Source of the DNA: Promethearchaeota archaeon
GTDB lineage: Archaea > Asgardarchaeota > Lokiarchaeia > Sigyniarchaeales > SOKP01
Direction of reading: 5' to 3'
NCBI GenBank assembly: GCA_048941015.1
Contig: JBHLNZ010000021.1
Coordinates: forward strand, 8,263-32,262
DNA length: 24,000 bases
The first letter of the stretch is position 1, and each line of letters starts with the position of its first letter. Below the pieces are notes generated by a model, which saw nothing but the letters and a program-made list of their open reading frames with translations, made no database searches and was not told where the DNA came from. Positions 15,688-22,118 of the stretch are shown here, piece after piece. The translations under genes were made by a program, and so were the position numbers.

Positions 15688-16098
15688 ATGAAATCAATAT
15701 TACATCATGCTCATCTTTTTGCGTCTAATCTTGATGAGAGTATCAGATTTTACCAACAAATGTTTGGAGCAGAAATTCTTTTTGATCTAGAGTTAGCAGG
15801 GGCTAGAAATGTGATGATTGCTATTGGTCCTTCAAAAATTAACTTCTACGACCAACCTCCTAGAGACAATGGTAAGGGGGCGGTCCACCATCTCGGGATC
15901 GAAACAGACGATTTAGAAGAACTCGTTGAACATATGAAAAGTAAGGGATATCAATTCAGGAAATCAATTAAACATTTAGGTGTTTTGAAGTATACTATAG
16001 CAGAAGCACCAGATCACGTACTTCTAGAACTTTTTGAAGTTGTTAAAGAAAAACTCCCTGAAGATCAATATAAATTGATCTCTAACTTTAAAACTTAA
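15688..16098 (+). CDS. VOC-family (glyoxalase / bleomycin-resistance / dioxygenase fold) protein
   Basis: The motifs HHAHLFASNLDESIRFYQQMFGAE and VHHLGIETDDLEELVEHMKSKGYQF are typical paired beta-alpha-beta-beta-beta modules with metal-ligand His/Glu. Confidence 0.8.
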   Translation: MKSILHHAHLFASNLDESIRFYQQMFGAEILFDLELAGARNVMIAIGPSKINFYDQPPRDNGKGAVHHLGIETDDLEELVEHMKSKGYQFRKSIKHLGVLKYTIAEAPDHVLLELFEVVKEKLPEDQYKLISNFKT

Positions 16099-16248
16099 AG
16101 TTATTTTAAATTAAATCGATTTACATAAATAACTCAAATTAGTTTTTAATTTTTTTATTGATTGCTTTTAGAAGAATATTGTTTATATAAAATTTTTATA
16201 CTTAAATTTTGATAATAATTATAAGTAAAACTAACAAATTTTATTACT

Positions 16249-16650
16249 ATGAAGGAAGTAAAAGTACTATCGATAGACGATCGTGGCAGGATCGTAATTC
16301 CTCAAATAATAAGAAAATCTCTCGGTCTAACCACAAACTCTCAATTAATAATGGTAAGCGATTCAGAAACAAAAGAAATAAAAATCACTCCTATAGGATT
16401 AGGTGGAGAGAAAATTCCAATTAAATTAAGAATTACTATGAAAGATATACCGGGAGCTCTAGCTAAACTTGCGACAACTTTCGGAGAGCATGGTCTAAGT
16501 ATGATGTATAGTGAAGCTGTAATAGTAGAGAAGGATAAGAAAGCTGTATGGACTGTTATTTCTGAAAGCCCCAGCAATTTAAATGAATTAAAAGAAACTT
16601 TAAAAGAGAAGGGAGAAGCAATAGAAGTTGAAGTTTTACCTTTAGAATAG
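16249..16650 (+). CDS. AbrB/SpoVT-type DNA-binding domain fused to an ACT domain (putative ligand-responsive regulator)
   Basis: The N-terminus SIDDRGRIVIPQIIRKSLGL is the swapped-hairpin AbrB/SpoVT signature. The C-terminus LRITMKDIPGALAKLATTFGEHGLSM...AVWTVISE follows the ACT pattern. Confidence 0.65.
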   Translation: MKEVKVLSIDDRGRIVIPQIIRKSLGLTTNSQLIMVSDSETKEIKITPIGLGGEKIPIKLRITMKDIPGALAKLATTFGEHGLSMMYSEAVIVEKDKKAVWTVISESPSNLNELKETLKEKGEAIEVEVLPLE

Positions 16651-16682
16651 TATAAAAAAATAATAAAAACAACCGCAATTTA

Positions 16683-17411
16683 ATGGCAAAAAAAAAAAAG
16701 AAGGATAAAGAAAAAGATCCTATTTCAGAATATTCATTAGACAGTACATTAAAATCCTCGAAAAAAACCAAAACAGATTTACAGGGATTATTAAGAGGAT
16801 TTTCTGAAGAGAAAGGATTTGGAGCACCGAAAGAAGAAGAAAGAATAAAGCCCCAATTATCATATGAGAGTAAGAAACAAATTGCTGAAGATTATATAAT
16901 GGAAGATATTCCTCTCAGTGAGAGAGAGAAGATAAAAGAAGAAAAAATTAAATTAGAGTCCGTAGAAGAAAAAGTAGTAGAGCTTAAGAAAGATGAAGAA
17001 TCTTCTTCCAAACCAATAAGTACTAAAGAAAAACCTTCTTTTTCGAAGAAAGATGATATCTATTTAAAGTTATCAAATTTTTTTGAAGAACTTTTTGTGG
17101 GTTATAATGAACGTTATGACAGATGGGAGAACTCAGTTTCAGCGTTACTTGCAATTTTAAGAAAAATGAGAAAAATAACTAAAAAAAATACTGAAGATTT
17201 AGTCTCAACAATCAATAATCAATATGAAAAAATACAAAAGAACCTTGAAGAATTTAAAATTAAGCGAGATGAGATAGAAAAAATCTCAGATGTAGATATC
17301 GAAATAATGTCAAGTGAATTTAAAAAAGTTTTGGGGTTATTAGAACTTCAAGTCAAAGAATACCAATTAAAGAAATTAACTGATGAGTATATTCATCAAT
17401 ATAAACTATAA
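16683..17411 (+). CDS. Lys/Glu-rich protein with a C-terminal helical/coiled-coil domain, hypothetical
   Basis: It starts MAKKKKKDKEKD, encoded by an A12 run. Residues ~1-125 are low-complexity K/E/S-rich. Residues ~125-242 look helical with heptad-like spacing. It lies 55 nt upstream of the actin-related gene on the same strand. Confidence 0.5.
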   Translation: MAKKKKKDKEKDPISEYSLDSTLKSSKKTKTDLQGLLRGFSEEKGFGAPKEEERIKPQLSYESKKQIAEDYIMEDIPLSEREKIKEEKIKLESVEEKVVELKKDEESSSKPISTKEKPSFSKKDDIYLKLSNFFEELFVGYNERYDRWENSVSALLAILRKMRKITKKNTEDLVSTINNQYEKIQKNLEEFKIKRDEIEKISDVDIEIMSSEFKKVLGLLELQVKEYQLKKLTDEYIHQYKL

Positions 17412-17466
17412 GCTTCTAGTAATAGGATAAGTTCGGTTTTATAAACAAGTTAATAGAAGTATTATT

Positions 17467-18621
17467 ATGAGTTTCCCCAATAAAGATCAGTTACGTCCTT
17501 TAATTCTTAATATCGGAAGTAATACTTTCAAAATGGGTTGGGCAGGAGATGATTTTCCCGATATTATCGCTCCAAGCATATATGTTGATGTTTCTGATTA
17601 CCTATATACTTCAGATGTAATTGACGGCTTAGAAGAGATTTATATTAATGAGGAAACTCAAAACCATTTGGTTGGACATCAAGCATTAAAATATCAAGAT
17701 ATCTTAAAAATTCACGAATTTAAAAAAGAAAAGAATTATAATTTGCTTACTAAATTTTTTTATTATTATTATAACCAATTAAAAATATCTTTAGAATTAC
17801 AATATAGGCAGCCACTAATTATACTTTTACCTTTTTTTAGTTCAGAATTAGAAAAAACTAAATTACAAGAAATTTTTTTCGAATCCTGTAATTTTCCAGC
17901 TATTTTATTTTTAGATGAAGCTCAAGCTATATTATCTACATTAGACAAGTCTAGTGGAGTGATTATAAATATTGGAGAATCAAATACGTATATCTCTACA
18001 ATATTTCATGGTTTTACGAATATAATGGCCCGAGATCTTTTTCCTGTAGCTGGGAAGGAATTAACAAATTATCTATTAAATTTAATTTTAGCAAGGAAAA
18101 GTTTAGTAAAAAATGTACATGTTGATAAAACTATAGCAAAAGAAGTTAAAGAAAAGTTATCTTTATGTCTTATAGATCCAGATACTGAAAAAAAAAGAGT
18201 TAAAGAAGGTTTAACTAAATATGATCGTACTATAGATCTACCAGATGGTTCTAGTTTAAAAATAAATTTAGAACGTTTTTTATTGGCAGAACCCCTATTT
18301 AATCCAAAACTTATACATATCGATTATATTGGATTAGCGGAAGCAGTATCTAAAGTGGTAAAATCCTGGGAGAGAGAAAACTGGGAAGATTTAGTGTCTA
18401 ATGTTATTTTAGCAGGTGGAGGAAGTTTAATATCTGGTCTTGATCGAAGATTAGAATTGGAATTAAAAAATTTCTTTTCAGAAAGATTAAAGCCAAAAAT
18501 AAAAGTAGTTGCTGCTTCAGGTCGAGAGAATATGGGTTGGATTGGAGCATCAATTCTTTATTCGAAGGGGCAATTACAAAAAGGTTGGGTTAAAAATCCT
18601 AATTTAGAAAATACAATTTAG
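17467..18621 (+). CDS. Actin-related protein (divergent member of the actin/Arp clade)
   Basis: The protein is colinear with eukaryotic actin throughout. [16 protein letters not shown] matches [42 protein letters not shown] matches [46 protein letters not shown] matches [21 protein letters not shown], and [10 protein letters not shown] matches VWIGGSILAS. Confidence 0.9.
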   Translation: [384 protein letters not shown]

Positions 18622-18684
18622 TAAGAAGAAAAATGAGAGAATTATTTAAATAATTATTAAAAAATGAATAGATAATGCTTTAAA

Positions 18685-21273
18685 ATGACTGTTGATTTAG
18701 AGAGAAAAAAAGATTTTTTAGAAAATTTTCAAAAATATGTTATTCAAGGTAGGAAGTTATTACAATCTGCTAATCATAGATGGGCAGATCGATTATTCAC
18801 AGAATTATATTTCGAAATTGAAAAGAATGAATGGCTCGGTATACAAAGAAAGCATCAATTGATAATGATTATCTCTAACTCGTGGTGGATGTATATAAAT
18901 TCGTTAACTAAAGGAATCAATAGTCAAGCAGAAATGGATATTATTCGTTATATTGATGCGTATAAAAGATTTTTTTCTTTCTTATCGAGATTAGATGATT
19001 TCTATTTATTTAATAATTTTGCTACTAATCTTTTGAGATCATTTATTGGTTTTGAAAATTTATCTCAAAAAGGAATCACTAAATTCATTAATTCTTTTTG
19101 TGCTAAAGTTAGTGAAAGAGGAGAGTATCTTAAATTAATTGAATTGCAACTATTGTTGATGTTTTTAAGGAAATCTGTAATCCCTCAAGAGTTTTTTCAT
19201 TTTAGTATGGAGACTCTTGGAAGGACACTTTTTAAATTAGAACCGGCAAAGAGAGCTCTATTTTTATATATATTTTTGGAAAATGTTAATATTAATTATC
19301 AGCTTATTGATGACTCAGATGAATTCATCAAAATTATGAGTAAAATTTTAGTAAATCGAATTCCTAGTTATTTAAAAACTGAATTTAGCAATTTAGGTAG
19401 AATTACTATAAATCAGAGAAATTTTAATTTCATTTTAAATGATTTAGAAGATCTAATCCAATATTTAAATTATATTGGAGAAAATGTCTGGATTGCTGTT
19501 ATTATAAAAAACTTATTTTATAAAATTGAGCGATTTCAGTCGTTCGGAGATGCTGTGACATACATAAGAAAATTTATAGATTATGCAATAGCTAGAAATA
19601 GGTTTGAAATTGCCTTTGAGATATATGATTTTTTAGAAGATATTTTCTTGTCTAAAACTGATTTAGGATACGATAATATTTTAATTGAGTTATGGGTTGA
19701 AGCATGCAAGAAATTCGTAGAAATGAAAGAAAAAAAATATTTATTACAATCTCTAGAAAAATTAAATACTCATTTAAAAACGCCACAGACAAATGCACAA
19801 ATATTTCATTATTTTTATACCTGTAATTTATTATGGAAGTTTAAATCTATGTTCTTTTCTTTGGAACAAAGAGATTTTTGGCGAATGATGTTTTATCGAG
19901 CTCTTTTTGAAGAAAAAGACTATGATTTAGCAAGAAAAATATGTCCATATCTTGATAAGAATATTGGGTCTCAAATAGTTGATCCATCTATATTATTCCG
20001 GGAAAGCCAGGAGTTGCAAAAAGAGATATATTCCTTTAAAAATGAGGAGAATTTTTCTGAATTAGAGACTATGGCTTTTATTATAAAACAAATTATATTT
20101 CGAATAAATTCAGATGGGTTAATTTCATTTAGGATGATTTCTCAAGATAATGCTATGTTAGAAGGTAAAATTTCTGATGAGTTTTGGAATGATGCTCAAA
20201 TAAATGAAATATATTACGATCTTTTTAACCTTAATGAAGTAAAAAAGTTTGATTTTACATTGAAAGAATTTGGAAAATTACTATATATCTTTTTACCAAA
20301 AAAGATAAGGTATTTTTTCAAACATTTTGAGATTAAAGCACTTGATTTTGTACCGGAAATATATTTTATATTGGATCAGATGGCTGTGCCATTTGAAATG
20401 ATTTATGATAATAATTTTTTTTTGTTAAAATATTCTATAGGGTATATAATTGGGGAACCTCCTTTAGGTGGAGTCACTTTTGGATATGAAGACTCCTTAG
20501 AAGAACAAGCGGCTGTGAAAAAAAATAAATTCAATGTGCTAATTATTGAATGCACTAATTCCAAAAATCCTTTAAAATGGAATGAAGAGTCAAAATCAAA
20601 AGAAATTGTTTTTCCTTTCACGGCAGGCATTAATGAATTAAACTATATTATTGAATTTTTTAATAATAGGGAAGAAATAGATCAATTCACCATACTCTCT
20701 GGAGATTACTCTACTAAGGAAAACATTTTATCCAAAATTTTAGAAAGTAATAATCATATAATTCATTTTGTTGGTAATATATTTTATTCAAAATGGAATC
20801 CACAAGATAGCTTTATGATTACAAATGATAATGAAATATTAACATTTAGGAGCATAAATAAGGCAATTGAACAAAATCAATATATAAATGAAACACTTCT
20901 GTTTTTCAATTCTCAGGTGTTCGATGTAAAAGGAGAAAAATTACAGAATGTCTTGAGACCATTTGGAGAAATTGCCCAAAATTTTAATTATAATAAAATA
21001 ACAGGAATAATTTCACGAAATTATCCTATTTTCGATGATGAAACTAAAGAGATTAGTGCTAACTTTTATATACACTTATTCAAGAATTATAGTCAAGGAA
21101 TTGCTCTTTTGAAAGCAAGACAAGAATGCATGGCTAAAAAGATGACTAAACTTGTCGAGGAAAAATTTCAAACTCTAAGTGAAGAAGAAGGAATTATTAA
21201 CATTGATTTAGAGAGCTCTTTAGCAATTTCAAGTTACATACTCTTTGGAAAACCTTGGAAAACTATCATTTGA
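18685..21273 (+). CDS. Large helical-repeat (TPR-like) protein with a C-terminal CHAT (caspase-like, clan CD) domain lacking the canonical His/Cys dyad
   Basis: The C-terminal ~340 aa follow the CHAT profile. LGKLLYIFLPKKIRYFF...ALDFVPEIYFILDQMAVPFEMIY and NHIIHFVGNIFYS match the position of the xHxaxHG motif. NETLLFFNSQVFD matches the position of vvLsaCxs. YPIFDDETKEISANFYIHLFKNYSQGIALLKARQ matches WpvdDxxaxxlmxxFYxxLxxGxsxaeALrxAq. The N-terminal ~520 aa are all-helical and repeat-like. Confidence 0.7.
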   Translation: MTVDLERKKDFLENFQKYVIQGRKLLQSANHRWADRLFTELYFEIEKNEWLGIQRKHQLIMIISNSWWMYINSLTKGINSQAEMDIIRYIDAYKRFFSFLSRLDDFYLFNNFATNLLRSFIGFENLSQKGITKFINSFCAKVSERGEYLKLIELQLLLMFLRKSVIPQEFFHFSMETLGRTLFKLEPAKRALFLYIFLENVNINYQLIDDSDEFIKIMSKILVNRIPSYLKTEFSNLGRITINQRNFNFILNDLEDLIQYLNYIGENVWIAVIIKNLFYKIERFQSFGDAVTYIRKFIDYAIARNRFEIAFEIYDFLEDIFLSKTDLGYDNILIELWVEACKKFVEMKEKKYLLQSLEKLNTHLKTPQTNAQIFHYFYTCNLLWKFKSMFFSLEQRDFWRMMFYRALFEEKDYDLARKICPYLDKNIGSQIVDPSILFRESQELQKEIYSFKNEENFSELETMAFIIKQIIFRINSDGLISFRMISQDNAMLEGKISDEFWNDAQINEIYYDLFNLNEVKKFDFTLKEFGKLLYIFLPKKIRYFFKHFEIKALDFVPEIYFILDQMAVPFEMIYDNNFFLLKYSIGYIIGEPPLGGVTFGYEDSLEEQAAVKKNKFNVLIIECTNSKNPLKWNEESKSKEIVFPFTAGINELNYIIEFFNNREEIDQFTILSGDYSTKENILSKILESNNHIIHFVGNIFYSKWNPQDSFMITNDNEILTFRSINKAIEQNQYINETLLFFNSQVFDVKGEKLQNVLRPFGEIAQNFNYNKITGIISRNYPIFDDETKEISANFYIHLFKNYSQGIALLKARQECMAKKMTKLVEEKFQTLSEEEGIINIDLESSLAISSYILFGKPWKTII

Positions 21274-21357
21274 TATAAAAAATTTGAATATAAATTAATA
21301 AAAATATATTAAAAATGATTATTAGTATTAGAATTTAAAGCAATAGGTTGAATTATC

Positions 21358-21897
21358 TTGTCAGATAGATTATTAGAACTTAGGATAGAAAATCAAAGAT
21401 TAAAAGAACAAGTTCAAGATTTAGAATCGAAAGTATTATCTTTAGTTGGTATGACTCATTTAGAATCCTCTGGGGGCCAGCAAAAGAAAGATATATTAAA
21501 TCAACACATCATTGAGTTGATTTATTCAACAAATACACAATTAAATATAGTTTCTCCAAAAATTGATAAATTTTATGCTACTGAAATCAAGAATTTAGTA
21601 CAAAAAGGGATTCCTGTTTTAATTATTACAAATGATAGAGGCTCCATTCCAAAAGGATACCAAGAAATTTATGATGAAATTAAGTTGTTTCAATCAGTTA
21701 AAATAATAAATAATCCAAATGTTAGATATTTATTAGTTTTTAACTCTAAAGAAGCAATTTATTCTGGAGGTTCATTAGATAAAGAAGAGTTAGAGAAAAC
21801 AATATTAATTATGACAAAAGTAAAAGAATCCACTCAATTAAGAAAAATTGCTGAAATATTTAGTCAAATGTTACCCTCTTTTATGAGAAAAGGATAG
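21358..21897 (+). CDS. Small protein: N-terminal coiled coil + degenerate PLD/TrmB-C-like domain, hypothetical
   Basis: TTG start. The N-terminus LLELRIENQRLKEQVQDLESKVLSL looks like a leucine-zipper. LNIVSPKIDKFYATEIKNLVQKGIPVLIITN ... VRYLLVFNSKEAIYSGGSLD parallels the PLD repeat (i.i.sPy...l..a..rGV.V.il ... HxKxxxxD...a.iGS.N), but the H, K, D and N positions are substituted. Confidence 0.35.
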   Translation: MSDRLLELRIENQRLKEQVQDLESKVLSLVGMTHLESSGGQQKKDILNQHIIELIYSTNTQLNIVSPKIDKFYATEIKNLVQKGIPVLIITNDRGSIPKGYQEIYDEIKLFQSVKIINNPNVRYLLVFNSKEAIYSGGSLDKEELEKTILIMTKVKESTQLRKIAEIFSQMLPSFMRKG

Positions 21898-21980
21898 TAT
21901 TTATATAATTATTTCATGTTTTTAAAATACAATTTAAACTTTTAATTTATTAGTTTATATCTTTTGCTAAAGTTATTGAT

Positions 21981-22118
21981 ATGGTGGAAAATTCTGTAAA
22001 AAAAGAAAAACAAAAGAAGAAGAATAAGATAGAAGAAGATGAGAAAAATACAAATTCTGATCATGATTTTGATTGGGATTGGATCTTTGATAAAGAATGG
22101 TTGAGAACAAAAAAGTAA
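21981..22118 (+). CDS. Possible 45-aa ORF (Lys/Glu-rich N-terminus, acidic-aromatic DHDFDWDWIFDKEW C-terminus) overlapping the methyltransferase start
   Basis: The ORF runs from ATG 21981 to TAA 22116-22118 and is below the ORF-track size cut-off. Its 3' end overlaps the next ORF (ATG 22097) by 22 nt. There is no family assignment, and it could be non-coding. Confidence 0.25.
   Translation: MVENSVKKEKQKKKNKIEEDEKNTNSDHDFDWDWIFDKEWLRTKK

Noticed and set aside
16683-17411. Assigning the 242-aa K/E-rich helical protein to ESCRT-III/Snf7
   Set aside because: Size and helicity are compatible. However, the charge polarity (long disordered basic/acidic N-terminus, structured C-terminus) and the lack of any recognisable Snf7 motif do not support it, so it stays hypothetical.
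2093-20630. Other short overlapping ORFs in the track (2093-2395-, 2831-3016-, 3643-3846-, 5293-5601-, 6871-7092+, 8900-9106+, 10978-11199-, 14218-14400-, 14366-14647-, 14696-14884-, 16209-16424+, 16341-16577-, 16556-16771-, 20403-20630-)
   Set aside because: Each is embedded in, or antisense to, a longer ORF with recognisable domains. They have low-complexity or biased composition typical of chance ORFs in AT-rich DNA.
18685-21273. Interpreting the TPR-CHAT protein as the Csx29 protease of a type III-E CRISPR (Craspase) system
   Set aside because: No cas genes or CRISPR repeats occur in the 24 kb, and the catalytic dyad positions read Asn/Ser. The neighbours are an actin-related protein and a coiled-coil protein.
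21981-22110. Programmed frameshift joining the 45-codon ORF to the methyltransferase, prompted by both ORFs beginning MVEN
   Set aside because: The MTase frame has its own ATG at 22097 directly after an in-frame TAA at 22091. No slippery heptamer was seen. The MVEN coincidence rests on 12 nt with 3 mismatches.
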